Source of the DNA: Octopus vulgaris
Lineage: Eukaryota
Reading direction: 5' to 3'
DNA length: 64,000 nucleotides
Assembly (NCBI GenBank): GCA_951406725.2
Contig: OX597814.1
Location: 45,260,001 to 45,324,000 of the forward strand
The notes beneath the pieces are model-generated. The model searched no databases and was not told the origin of the DNA. It saw nothing but the letters and a program-made list of their open reading frames with translations. The translations under genes and the position numbers were made by a program. Every line of letters starts with the position of its first letter. Positions within the stretch are counted from its first letter, which is position 1. Below, piece after piece: positions 12,620 through 25,980 of this stretch.

Positions 12620-15612
12620 ACAATAGAACTGAGACGAACATGCCACCATTACAAAAGCGAGCAGTAACTGATTATGAACAAACAGAAATGATGAGTAAAG
12701 AATACAAACAAAAGAAGGAAGACTTAGCAGCAAAATTCAAGCAAAACATTATCATCTACATTAACAAACAATTACATGAAAGAAGAATTACCATACGAAT
12801 CAATAGAAAACCGAGCGACTTGATATTATCCACGTTGGACCAAATAGTTGAAGAACAATTAGCACAGATTGAAAATTCCGACTTTTGGACATTGAATGTT
12901 CTGATATATTGCTCTTGGTTACCATTTGCCAACAGATGGGAATAGCAGAGATCGATCACAGGGAAAAGAAGCAACCAAAGTGGACTATATTTCTCCAGAC
13001 GCTTATCGACATACTCAGGAAAAATATTTGGACAGTTAGACACTATCATTAAATGCAAAGTGAATAATAAATTCACGAACCACCAGCTGCAACTCCGTGA
13101 TAGATTATCTAAAGTAAATGGGAACTGGTGATAAGAAACGCTAAGGGGTTAGTTAATTGTCCTTAAAAGTAAATTGCGAGCAATAAGCGAACAATTTCGT
13201 TATATTAAAAAAAAAAGCAATTCCTTTACATAAAAAATACTTCGAGAATGAAAAGCCATCAATCGCAAGATTGCAATAAAACCACAAGCGGTATATCACA
13301 AATGAAAGGCCATTCCATTAAAGCTATGATAGCCCTTCTCTTGTGGGGGATATATGGAATGTAAGCAAACAACATAACCGATTTGCAATGCTGTTAGATG
13401 AGCTACGGAGTGAATTCTGTGCAAACGTCTCTCTCTCAAAACATGTATAATATCAGTAGTGAAACTCTCCTGACGGTTGATGTTAAACTGCCGAATGGGA
13501 AACCACCCGGGAAGAACCTGATTAGCGGTTATTGGTAAAGAAAGCTCACATTTTCGTTAACCTGTTCAAAAGTACAATGAATGTTCAATTTGATATGCCA
13601 GACTGGTTAGCTGTTGTGTGTATAATACTAAAGCTAAAACGCGAGAGAAGCACACAGCCATAAACTACAAGCCAATAGCGAGCTTAAATGTGCTGTTTAC
13701 ACAGATTTCTTGAAAGCTGGATCGCCGCGAAGCACAGCATGTAGTGACTGATGAGCAGGCAGGAAGAAAGGAATGAATCTTCAGATGTGTCAAACAACTC
13801 CTGATTAAACTTTCTTTAAGGAAGCAAACAGGTCCGTACAGTTGGCACGAAACCTGCTAAACGTATGACTAGACTATAAGACATCATTTGATTCTGTTCC
13901 TCACTTATGGACCATAGTCATTACTATAATTATGGTCGTGGATTGTAGTCATTACACCTTGCAAAAGTCTTGACTGCAATAGTCAATGCCATTTAGAGGC
14001 TGAATGGACATGGTCCATAGAGTAATCATTAAGATCTAAAGCTACCACTAAAGTCACTAACAGAATTAGGCTATGAACAAGAATATTTAAAGGTGTCATC
14101 TTATATTTTACGCATTTTGTCCTCGCTGTAAACCTCTTGTCAGCACTATTAAAGAAATACAAAGAGTATATTATAGAAGCTGCAGATGAAAGAAAGATTG
14201 ATTCCAGCCAGTTTTTTTTTTTGTAAATGACTTAAGTTGTACTTGAGTAATATTCCAAACACCAAGAAGCAATTAGAACTGATCACAACATTCCCACGGA
14301 ATATAGGAGTAGAGTTTCGTCAGGACAGGTGTTCCTATTTGGTAGTCAAAGAAGGAAAGAATGTCGAACACGCAAAATGACCTGGCTATTTCTTCCATCA
14401 TCAGTGATGAATGTTTGAAATACAACGAGAGTAGTGCATATGTTGATACTATGAGTAAAACTAGAGTGCCAAAAGATATTAGAGTGGACGTTTAAAGAAA
14501 TTTACTACTTGGGACATCAAGACTAAGACAATAATAACAATGACTAGAAATTTCTGCATAAATGTCCCTTCTTTTGACATTAAACGGAGGGATTTCGGTA
14601 GAGGCCTAAGAGCAGCTGAGACGGCTTTTGAGTGTCGGAGTGTGTCACTTAGACAACACTTACTGAACAGCAATGCAAGAAATTAGTATATCATGTGTAT
14701 ACTTAACAATAAAGGTAATAACATCTCTTGAACAAATACTCGTTTCTACAATTGTCCTATGTGATTCAAGGGTGGCTAGAGCGACCTACTTAACTAGAGC
14801 CATAGAAAAGAAATATTCATCCTACCGGGAGAGAGTTAAGCTTGGGTACATATCCCGCAAGCTGGAGAATGTCAGCAACATCGACAACAAAAGCCTCTCT
14901 GGGACTGTGTAAGTATACAGTATCTTACCTAGGTTATGCCTTTGCTATCCAAGAACATTAAATAGCTGCTAAATGCCTGATCGGCCTCAATCTCCAGACT
15001 ATGACAGAAAGTATCTATTGTACCATTACTAGTATGAAAGATATCACTCATAACATGAATAGTTGTCCAAAAATGTGCCCGGCATACTACTTCCCTATCA
15101 GACATGACATTGTCCCTAAGACGGTTTACAATGCAGGAAAGATTGTAGTGTTGGTTATACCAAAGGTACACCAGGACTAGAAAGTATCCATTCCTTAAAA
15201 TAAAAATAAGAATACAAGAGACGCATTCCAATAAAAATAGCAATCAAGTATGAGCACAACGCACCGAATATGGTTGTATGGCTCAAGGAACAATAGCTAT
15301 GCACCGTTTCCGATCTGTTTCCGAATAGATTTAAATGTCTCTTCAAAACTAGAATTAGGCTTTTAACAGAAATATTTAAAGGTGTCATCTATATTTAATT
15401 GATGAAAAACCTACAGCTCTTATATCCAGGCTATTTTTATTTGTTCCTATTATCACAGGTGCATTGGGCTACGTAATAACGGATCTGCATAGAAACCTAG
15501 AAATGCTTGGATTCTCCCAAAAAGAACGGGGTAGACCGAGTCACAATTTCAAGATACAATCAATCAGAAGAACAATCAAAATTTGTAAAACATTTCAGGG
15601 ATTCTCTATTTG
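12620..15612 (+). mobile_element. Decayed R4/Dong-clade non-LTR retrotransposon (RT plus restriction-like endonuclease end)
   Basis: Broken-frame motifs KLPNGKPPGKNLISGYW, NYKPIASLN, VTDEQAGRK, LDYKTSFDSVPHLW, FVNDLKLY and a C-terminal IITGALG. Confidence 0.8.
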
Positions 15613-15799
15613 AGGTTTCTGATTGAACATATGTACAAAATTACATCTGCATATGGAATACATATGAGCACACACACTTAAATACTAATGAAACGCTTGT
15701 TCTTTCGTGATACATACCCATGACTTCAAGCTTATTAGCACGGACATACATACATACATCATGCGCACATACATGCGTGATCAACCAAACCGCGTTATC

Positions 15800-16025
15800 A
15801 CAAACCCTAGGACCTGTCAGATATATACCGCGTGTGTACCGTTGGCGATTTTTTTCCTCCGTCTTCCCTTCTCTGGATCTTTCCTTTTCCTATGTTTCTG
15901 ACGAAGAGCTCCGCTCGAAACGTAAAACCCACCTTCTTCCCTTCCTTCCTGAGCGTCCAATAATACTATATTTGTTCCACGTCCTCGCGTTGTTGTCTTT
16001 TCTCTTGGTGTTTTCATGTTTGGAT

Positions 16026-16030
<5 letters not shown>
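15800..16030 (+). mobile_element. Short Penelope-type repeat carrying a minimal hammerhead and ending at a (TA)n tract
   Basis: Contains the HHR at 15894-15928. Shares CCTGAGCGT...TAATAC...TTTGTT with the minus-strand repeat at 49795-49985. Confidence 0.6.
15894..15928 (+). ncRNA. Minimal type I hammerhead ribozyme, intact core
   Basis: GTTT-CTGACGA-A-GAGC TCC GCTC-GAAA-CG-TA-AAAC. Stem I GTTT/AAAC, stem II GAGC/GCTC, palindromic ACGT stem III, GUA cleavage triplet (predicted cut after 15924). Confidence 0.85.
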
Positions 16031-16087
<57 letters not shown>

Positions 16088-16088
16088 G

Positions 16089-16153
<65 letters not shown>

Positions 16154-16422
16154 TTAATTATTTACTTATTTACTTACTGGCATTGTGTGATATGTTACAT
16201 GCACATATATACGAATACGTATGTGTGGAAGCATATACCTGCATATATCGTTCGAATGTTTGTGTGTATCCTTAAATTAGCTATTTAACAAAAGAAAATG
16301 ATATAATAAGCACCAGGCTTAAAAGAAGTGTTGTGGTCGATTCGTTCGACCAAAATTCTTCAAGACGGGGCCCAGCAAGGCTGCAGGTTAATGTCTGAAA
16401 CAAGAAAAAGATAAAGGAATAT

Positions 16423-16594
16423 GTGGCTGTGTGGTAAGTAGCTTGCTTACCAACCACATGGTTCCGGGTTCATTCCCATTGTGTGGCACCTTGGGCAAGT
16501 GTCTTCTACTATAGTCTCGGGCCGACCAAAGCCTTCTGAGTGGATTTGGTAGACGGAAACTGAAAGAAGCCCGTCATATATATGTGTGTGTTTG

Positions 16595-16689
<95 letters not shown>

Positions 16690-16897
16690 TATATTTGTGT
16701 CTGTGTTTGTTCCCCAACATCGCTCGACAACCGATGCTGGTGTGTTTAAGTCCCCGTAACTTAGCGGTTCGGCAAAAGAACCGATAGGCTTACAAAGAAT
16801 AAGTCGTGGGGTCGATTTGTTCGACTAAAGGCGGTGCTCCAGCATGGCCGCAGTCAAATGATTGAAGCCGGTAAAAGAGTAAAAAGAGTAAAGAGTA
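16423..16897 (+). mobile_element. tRNA-derived SINE, family B (CORE-like CCTTGGGCAAGT motif, internal (TG)n, TAAAAGAG tail repeats)
   Basis: A box GTGGCTGTGTGGT and B-box-like GGTTCATTCCC. Near-identical to other copies in the window. A tail-only fragment precedes it at ~16300-16415. Confidence 0.85.
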
Positions 16898-17030
16898 TAT
16901 ACATATAAGAACAAGCACTATATATTCTTCACTTGTTTATTATTGTACTTATTTTATATCCATTGTCTGGAAATCTTTCGTCAAACACCTGTGGCCTCTT
17001 CAGCAATTCTCCATCTCAAGTGTCTCCTCA

Positions 17031-17437
17031 GGCGCAGGAGTGGATGTGTGGTAAAGGGCTTGCTTACCAACCACAGGGTCCCATGTACAGTCCCACTGCG
17101 TGGCACCTTGGGCAAGTGTCTTCTCTTATAGCCTCGGGCTGACCAAAGCTTTTCGAGTGGAGTTGGTTGACGGAAACTGAAAGAAGCCCGTTATATATAT
17201 GAGTGTGTGTGTGCCTGTGTATGCTTGTGTATCTGTGTTTGTCCCCTTCACCATCGCTTGGCAACTGATGTTGGTGTGTTTATGTCTCCGTAACTTAGTG
17301 GTTCAGCAAAAAGTCCTATAGAATAAGCACAAGCACTAGGCTTACAAAGAATAAGTCCTAGGTCGATTTGCTCGACTAAAGGCGGTGCTCTAGCATGGTC
17401 GCAGTCAAATGACTGAAACAAATAAAGTATTAAAAGA

Positions 17438-17440
<3 letters not shown>
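17031..17440 (+). mobile_element. SINE family B copy
   Basis: Same head, body and tail as 16423-16897. Confidence 0.85.
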
Positions 17441-17518
<78 letters not shown>

Positions 17519-17519
17519 T

Positions 17520-17930
17520 GTAAAAAAATACAAACTGGGACAAGAACGCAAAACATTTAGAAGACGATACAAAAAACACGGACGGGACATTCGAAGCCTT
17601 AAGTTTTCAGTCAAGAACCGGATCATCCTCGCAATTTCGGCTGATTAATCTTGAGATTGCTCCAATCTGGCCAGCCCCAACGAAAATCTAAGCTAAGCGC
17701 ATTAGATTCCTTGGGAGAAAGCTTCGAATCTATACAAAACAAAGACGGAAAAACGGACGATGCTACACGAATATGAATACAAAAATACGTAAAAACAATA
17801 ATAATAATAATACGTAAAAACAAAAACAGGACGTCACAAACATGCGTCTTTCGACAGGACGAGTAAACTGAGCTGGCGTGTTAGGAATGTGCCTTAGGGC
17901 AGAGAGAAAAAATGTGTGTTGCCGCGACGA
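17520..17930 (-). mobile_element. Short interspersed repeat (possibly Penelope-associated) with a structured internal segment; related end at 18385-18470
   Basis: AAAATACAAA(C/A)TGGGACAAGAACGCAAA is shared between 17525 and 18386; both copies abut microsatellites. Confidence 0.5.
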
Positions 17931-18118
17931 CTGCTAGACCCAGAAAAACAATTTAGTTAGTGCATCAGCTTTCGGATATTAGAATGTTGACTTATTTATT
18001 CATTTAACAAAAACGAGAACCTTAATAGCATACATATATACATTATAATTCAATGCATATAAGATAAGAATACAATTATAAAAATCATAATATAAATTAT
18101 TGAAATCATTAAATTACT

Positions 18119-18244
18119 CCTTACAGCTGTTTCAGCCTATGGATAAAAGTAGTTTTTTTCCAGTGCCTATAGTTGTCAATTATATTGAGGTTGTAGGCAT
18201 TTAAAAATAGGGTACTTATATATAACCATAGGCCTCGTCAGAGA
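18119..18244 (-). ncRNA. Type I hammerhead ribozyme with a long stem II insertion
   Basis: Minus strand: TCT-CTGACGA-GGCCTATGG...CCATAGGCT-GAAA-CAGCTG-TA-AGG. Palindromic stem III ACAGCTGT; GUA cleavage triplet; stem I is only 3 bp. Confidence 0.75.
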
Positions 18245-18334
18245 TTATAAAGAACTATATATATGTAGTCGATTATGCCCTTTAAGACGGTGTCCCAGAA
18301 TAGCCGCAATCACACACACACATAAGTGTGTATC

Positions 18335-18391
<57 letters not shown>

Positions 18392-18480
18392 CAAAATGGG
18401 ACAAGAACGCAAAGCATCCAGACAGTTAGGTGATACAAAAAAGGGACGGCAAAACATCCACATAGATGTATATGTATATA

Positions 18481-20107
18481 CAGTTGCGGCCAAAATGTTC
18501 AGAACGGCATTGTTTTCGTCAGAAAAGTAGATATAAGTTTTTATCAAAGTTGTTTTATATTCTATCATTTTCACAGACAATAAATACGATATTATTTGTT
18601 ATTGTCTGAGATTTTGGTGTAATTTGAGAGGATAATAAAAAAGTTATGGATGATTTAGTGATTTACTGCAAAACCCATGGCGGCCAAAAGGATCAGAACG
18701 GTTGCTTTTACTCCATGTTTTAGTATATTTAACCGTCAAACTCTAATGTTTTGAATTTGTTTACGTGACAGTTCGTTTACTAAACATTAGTAAGAATATC
18801 TGCAGTGTACTTTGTTAATATAATGCCACTTACTCCGTTACCAATTCGTCAGCAGATTATTAAGCTTCGAAAGAAGGATAATTTAAGTATTAGGTCTATT
18901 GCAAAGATTGTTAATTAGGCAAAAAGTGTTGTTCACGGTATTCTTAAGGTCTACGATGATTACAGTTCGTGTGAAGCAAGAAAGTCTACAGGTAGGCCAA
19001 GAAAAACGACCAAGAGAGAAGATCGTGCAATGGTAAAGTTGGTTAAAAAGGACAGATTTAAAACTGCTGCTGCTGTTTTTCGGGAAATGAGCATTGTACT
19101 GAAGAAAACTTTATCTCAAAAAATTGTGTCTCGTCCTTTAGTTGAACATGACCTACAAGCAAGAGCACCTGCAGTGAAGCCACTGATCAGCTCCAAGAAT
19201 AAAAAGTGTCGTCTTACCTTTGCAACCGAACATGTGTTGTGGTCTCAAGAAAAATGGCAAACGGTACATTTCAGTGATGAATCTAAGTCTCTGTTATTTG
19301 GCTCAGATGGGAAAAGGTACGTTCGTCGAAAAGCAGGTGAAAAATTGTCACCTAAATGCCTTAAGACTAGTGTTAAATTCGGTGGAGGAAGTGTCATGGT
19401 TTGGGGGATGATATCTGGAGATGTTGTGGGCCCTTTGCTGCGATTACATGAAAAGGTAAATGCAGGAGTTTATAAACAACTTGTAAAAGATCATGTCTTG
19501 CCTGTGCTGAGGAATTCAACTAAGCGACCACCCATATTCATGCAGGACAATGCCCCATGTCACAAGGCTAAGGTGGTCATGAACTTCCTCAAGGCTGAAA
19601 AGGTTATTGTTATGGATTGGCCTGCTCAAAGCCCAGACCTCAATCCTATTGAAAATGTGTGGAATATTCTAGAGAACGTTTGAAAGCCAGAAATCCTAAA
19701 ACAACCGAGCAATTATGGAATGCCCTTCAGGAAGAATGGAATAAGATCACCCAGCAAGAAATTGAAAATTTAGTTTCCCCATGCAGTCGAAAATGTCAAA
19801 CTTTGATTGAAGCTAAAGGACTTCACACTAAATATGAAATAATTCCAGCATTCTCTGTCACTTTTTGATTATTTTGTTATTTTTTCACCGCTCTGATCAT
19901 TTTGGCCACCATGGGTTTTGCAGTTAATCACTATATCATCCATAACTTTTGTATTATCCACTCAAATTACACCAAAATCTCAGACAAAACCAATTAATAT
20001 CGTATTTATTGTCTGTGAAAAGTATAGAATATAAAACAACTTTAATAAAACTTATACCTACTTTTCTGACGAAAACAATGCCGTTCTGAACATTTTGGCC
20101 GCAACTG
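18481..20107 (+). mobile_element. Tc1-family DNA transposon (DD34E) with ~221-bp IR/DR-type TIRs, full length, inserted at TA within (TA)n
   Basis: Ends are CAGTTGCGGCCAAAATGTTCAGAACGG and its exact reverse complement ending at 20107. TIRs 18481-18702 and 19887-20107, each with an inner repeat of the terminal motif (GGCGGCCAAAAGGATCAGAACGGT). Confidence 0.95.
18823..19868 (+). pseudogene. Tc1 transposase pseudogene
   Basis: ATG at 18823 (MPLTPLPIRQQII), premature TAG at 18916-18918, GRPRK, FSDESK, QDNAPCH-34 aa-E (SPDLNPIEN), frameshift near 19670, C-terminal GLHTKY. Confidence 0.93.
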
Positions 20108-20179
20108 TATATATGTTTATATACATATATATATGGATATATATGTATATATTTATATACACATGTATATACATATATG

Positions 20180-20263
<84 letters not shown>

Positions 20264-20364
20264 CATACACACACACACACAAACAAATATATATATATAT
20301 ATATATATGCCCTTTTATGTTTTATATGTGTTTTCACATATAAAACATCCAAGGATATTGTTTT

Positions 20365-20445
20365 CCTTCTGAAGATATTTTATGCTCAGGTCATATAAAT
20401 ATAAATTTAATATTTACTGAGTATTAGTTGAAACAACTGTAAGTG
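20365..20445 (+). ncRNA. Degenerate hammerhead-like motif in a Penelope-type repeat
   Basis: CTGAAGA (20369-20375)...CTCAG/CTGAG stem...GAAACAACTGTA; stems I and III are imperfect. Confidence 0.35.
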
Positions 20446-20504
20446 AAGATGATTAATTTGCTATTAATAATAAACAATTAACTTCCCAATCTCCATTTTC
20501 TCTT

Positions 20505-20575
<71 letters not shown>

Positions 20576-20686
20576 TATATAATTATAATTATAATAAACC
20601 TTACCAAATATGGTCTTTTCCATACCGATAAATCTACTAGGTGAAATTTATTAATTTTATCAAATTAATTATATTCCACCCTTTTT

Positions 20687-20747
<61 letters not shown>

Positions 20748-21786
20748 ATGTATGTATGTATGTATGTATTATGTAATGCATGTATGTATGTATGTATGTA
20801 TGTATTATGTATGTATGTATGTATGTATGTATTCGATTATGCCCTTTAAGACGGTGTCGCAGAATAGCCACAATCCGAAGATTTTAAAACAATAAAAGAA
20901 AAAGGCTTTCTAAACAAGTTTCCTACAGGTTCTCTCGTTTTCTACGCTCTCAAATTACAACGCAATGTTGTTGACTCTGGTTCAAGTAGCACTGTCCTCT
21001 AACGCTTGTTCGGGGTTTGTTTGTTTGTTTGTTTATTTGTTTGTTTTCCAGATAAAACCAATACACGCTATAACCTTTCGTTGGTATTCGTTGTCGTCTC
21101 CATAACAATCTCTGCTTACATTGATTTGTTTTAACTGCTTTCAAATCACGTGAAATATTATTGCACTCTGGGCGTTTCTTGAATGGTTCATTCCCGATTC
21201 CTAAGATGTTCATCAACGTTATTTATGAACACGTATTTTTAGTTTTGTATTTGTTTTTTGTATTTATAGTGTATATTCATTTTTTATGTCTCAACTAAAT
21301 GTGTCCCCTCCAGCGTTATTCTTTTTTATAAGATAATGTATGTTAGTGTTGCTAATATTATGAACAATAAATATTTCCTCAGCTATTCTGTTCTCTAAAT
21401 TGCTCCAATAAAAGAGCTGGTCTCTAAAGAACTATACAGAGTCGTGTATGTGTATTTATGCATGTGTAAGTGTACATTTATATATATGATTTGATGTATG
21501 TATGAATGGATGGTTGTGTATATGCGTGTATGTCGATATGTACTTGTATATGTCTGTGTGTATAAATGCATTAGTGTGTGTATGAGTGTGTATGAATATG
21601 CTCTATTACTTGCAGTTTTTCATATTCTTTTTTAGTTCGTTTTCAAATTATCTTCTTTCCGTCAGTATAAACAAAAGCATCTCCGTGCATATAGATAGCA
21701 TATATATATATACATAAACATAAATATATATATATATATATATATACAAACATATATATGTATATATATTTACGTACATACATGCA

Positions 21787-21850
<64 letters not shown>

Positions 21851-22254
21851 TATTAATACACATATATTCATGTGTCTATGCATCCGAGTGTGAGTATGTG
21901 TGTGTTTCAGGATATAATGTGTGTGGCAATGTATGTATCTATGAATGTACGCATACATGTATGTATGTACGAGTGAAAGCTTTTATATCGAGAGGAAGGA
22001 ATTTTCAAAATCAAGAAGAAAATTTAAGATAAACTAATAATATGCACACACATATACGCACACACACACGCATATGCACAAACATACATACATACATACA
22101 TACATACATACATACATACGTTCGTACGTACATACCTACTTTCATACATGCATGCATAGAAGTATGCACTGTATGCGCACTTAAATTCATATATACATAC
22201 ACATATGTATGTATGCATGTATGTATTTATGTATGCTTGCATGCATGTATCAGA

Positions 22255-22484
<230 letters not shown>

Positions 22485-22777
22485 AACAGCTTTTCTCTTA
22501 GGCATATTGTATTCAATAAACGTTTTTCTTCGATTTTTCTTCGATTGTTTTTTCTTTTGTATGAAGGTTTGTTTCATATTTTCTTGTGAATTTGTTGCAG
22601 TTTTTGGCAGTAAAGTTTGTGTATCCACCATCAGCATTTATAGATCTTCATAGTCACAGCTTCCGAAAGAATTGCCATCGAGATAGTAGGCAAGGCTAAA
22701 TCGTTGGAAGATACTCTTACAAAGAATTTTAACGGAAACGATGAAACTAGAGCACCGGTGTGTTTTCAATAATTTGT

Positions 22778-22942
22778 GTGTATTTCGTCTACCTTTTACG
22801 TTCTGAGTTCAAATTCCGCCGAGGTCGACTTTGCCTTTCATCCTTTCAGAGTCGATAAATGAAGTACAAGTTGCTTACTGGGGGGTCGATCTAATCGACT
22901 GCCCCCACCTCAAAAATTTCGGTGCCTAGAATAGAAAAGAAT
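22778..22942 (+). mobile_element. SINE family A, 5'-truncated copy
   Basis: GAGTTCAAATTCCGCCGAGGTCGACTTTGCCTTTCATCCTTTC. Confidence 0.8.
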
Positions 22943-23708
22943 AATTTGGGTGTATGTCTGCGTATTTAAACGTATGTACGTACATACATACGCGTATGTA
23001 TGTATGTATATACGTACGTACATACATAAACGTATGTATGTACATACGTACATACATACATAAACGTATGTATGTACATACGTACATACATACATACATA
23101 CATACCTACATACGTACATAGAACATACATTCTTACGTACGTATGTATGTATGAATTATGTATGTATGAATTATGTATATATGCATGTCGGTATGAGTGT
23201 GTAGCCGTAGCATGCATGACCAAATGTTTAACATCGTAATCATGGGAGCCCGGTTTCAATTTTGCAGCATGGAACCATGAGCACGTGTGGTTTTCTATGA
23301 CGTTGGACCGACTTATGCTGTCTGAGTGGAGTTGAGTACACGGAAACTACATTGAAACCCTTTGGATTAATTTTTACCTGTAATTCAAAAGTCTGACCAT
23401 GTCATACTCTGTCATCTTAACAGCGCCTGTGAGTGGCATTGTAGGGTACACGTGCCAGTGGGATACTCAGCCACTTATATGCTAATTCGATGAGCTTCGT
23501 CGTTTAGTTGATCAAACAACTGAACACGCATGGGGAAAATAAATATCAAGATCAATTATTATCATTGTTGTATTTGTTGTTAAAGGTAGCAACCAGGCAA
23601 AATCGTTAGAGCATTGGGAGAAAATGTCTTGTGATATCCCACTAAGGTTCATTTTGATGGCTTCCTACCAAAATTAGAAACCATTAGTATTATTTTAATT
23701 GTTGTTAA

Positions 23709-23925
23709 GGCGGCGAGGTAGCAGAATCGTTAGCACGCCGGGCAAAATGTTTACTGATGTTTCGTCCATCTTTACATTCTGAGTTCAAATGCCGCCGAGG
23801 TCAACTTTGCCTTTCATCCTTTCGGGGTTGATGAAATAAGCACCGTTTGAGTACTGGGGTCGATGTAATCGACTTACCCCTCCCACAAAATTTCAGACCT
23901 TGCGCCTATAGTAGAAAGGGTTATT
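23709..23925 (+). mobile_element. SINE family A, full copy (internally deleted copy at ~23584-23690)
   Basis: GGCGGCGAGGTAGCAGAATCGTTAGCACGCCGGGC...CTTTCATCCTTTCGGGGTTGATG. Confidence 0.85.
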
Positions 23926-24049
23926 ATAATTAATTTTACTGATTCTTTTGTACTTCCTGTTTTATATCCTTTAAAGGCGAGTCCAAACTATGGGCCTGGG
24001 CGATTTAGAGAAGTTGTCACTTTATTTACAGCACTCTCTTTAGTGCTTA

Positions 24050-24660
24050 AGATATGGTTGGTGAACTTTTCCATTCCCTGCTTCGTGAATCCTAATACAA
24101 GGTACTAATCTGGTCTTCACATTTCACATGTTGTTTTCGATCTCGAGGGCTTTGTACTTAACTTCTCTGTAACTTCCATGGATATGTTTCTGGCAGAAGA
24201 TATCGCAATGTCGAAAAGTATACACATCCAGTCCTTTTTTTGCTTGCAAGCGATGTCAGGTTTGATGGCTTTCACCTCTCTGTCAATATAGATTACTATT
24301 TCCTAAAGAACGGGGACAATATTGTTATCAGTGACCTTGGTTGCCTAATATTCATACCACTTCGCGGTTGCCTTGATTTCATAACTCCTGAATATTTTTT
24401 AGAGTAGGTACGCAGCTGCCTTCTTACACCTGTGGTTGCATTTGGCCTTCGCTAGCTTTAGGCATCCAGAGAAAATATGATTGATGGTTTCTTTATGTTT
24501 TCCACAGATCCTGCACTGTGGATCTATTCCATCCTTGATAATGCGATGGTAATAGGATCTGGTTCCAAGATTCTGATTTCTGCAGCGATTGTCAGACCTT
24601 CCGTCTCTACATTCAGTCCAGTGCTCTTAAGCCATTGGTGTGAACATTTAAGGAAGCATG
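24050..24660 (-). mobile_element. R4/Dong-like LINE 3' fragment (RLE endonuclease region), decayed
   Basis: Minus strand: QWLKSTGLNVETEGLTIAAE and KAIKPDIACKQKKDWMCILFDIAISS (PD...D motif). Confidence 0.7.
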
Positions 24661-25903
24661 GTAATGGCGTGATGTAACTTCTCTGAATTATTTATAAGTA
24701 AGCATTTTACCTTATGAACAAAGAAGGACTCGACACATGTTAAGAATCAAATTTTATCTTAAATCAATGTAAATCTATCACTACATTAACAGGATGTCTA
24801 CATGTGCTTATTAGTATTGAATGTGATTAACACTCCTACTTACTCTTGTTAGAACAGAGGACTTAGTCTTGCTACTATTTTGTGAACTTATTAACCGTAC
24901 TCTTTCTATATATTGGCCAGCTCTTATGTAAAAAAATCTTTTTTTTATATATAACTAAGTAGTACTTGTTGTTGTAGGTGGTGGTGGTGGTGGTGGTGCT
25001 GGTGCTGGTGCTGCTGCTGCTGCTGCTGCTACAGCTGTTGTTGTTGTTGTTTTCCTTGTTTATCTGCAGGTCAGCCTTGATCGAGCTGGCCTATGATCAA
25101 AGGTGAACCCGCTTTCACTGTACCAGCTTTCATTTTCAAAGAATATATTTCGCATTACTTTATCCAATGTATTTTTCTTATTTCTAAGATGTTGGCATCT
25201 GATATGTGGAAGATTTTGCAAGATTTTCTTAGAAGTTGAGAGACTGTATAGAGACTGCGGTGGGAAGAAAAGGAAATATCAGGATAGGACTTCATTTTTA
25301 AATCAAAGGCATTAGTGATGTAAATGAAGGGCAATAGCTTCAAACGAGATAGAAACTTCTTTGCGGCATTAATTGCTGCATGTTTATATCGATCTCTACA
25401 ACAGTTAATTGCTCAGGCATGGAGTATATGAAAATATTATTTGATTTGGCGAAGTAGGAGGATCATTAGAATGCCTCGCGGTATTTGTTCCGATTCTCTG
25501 CTATTTGGATTCAAATCCTTCCAAAGTCACTTTACATTGCATCCTTTTAGCAGGGTTGATAAAAAAAGTGCCAATTCAAGACAGTGAACTGACGTAATTC
25601 TTAGAATGTCGTGCATGCGTCGCGCTATCTGTTCCGATTTTAGTATTCTGTCTCGGCCCAAGGCGGTGACATTTCCCTTGAAGAACATCGATGGCGTGAC
25701 GAAAGGAGATTTACATGCATGGCTTACTGACAGTTTTCTTCAGAAAACCTTAACCAGGCCTGCACATACAAGTGCAATTATATGGTCAGCCCTGACCAAC
25801 GAAGTCTTAATAGAATTCTGTGTAAATGTATTACTACACTGGATAAATATGTACATAAGATGCGTTTAATGTATATACTTATTTTTAAACCTGCTTCGTC
25901 TTT

Positions 25904-25980
<77 letters not shown>

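Noticed and set aside
12202-12945. Long ORFs rich in YI, HT, CV or MYVC repeats here and throughout (e.g. 22042-22653, 51922-52593, 59696-60406)
   Set aside because: They are translations of stop-free microsatellites, not genes.
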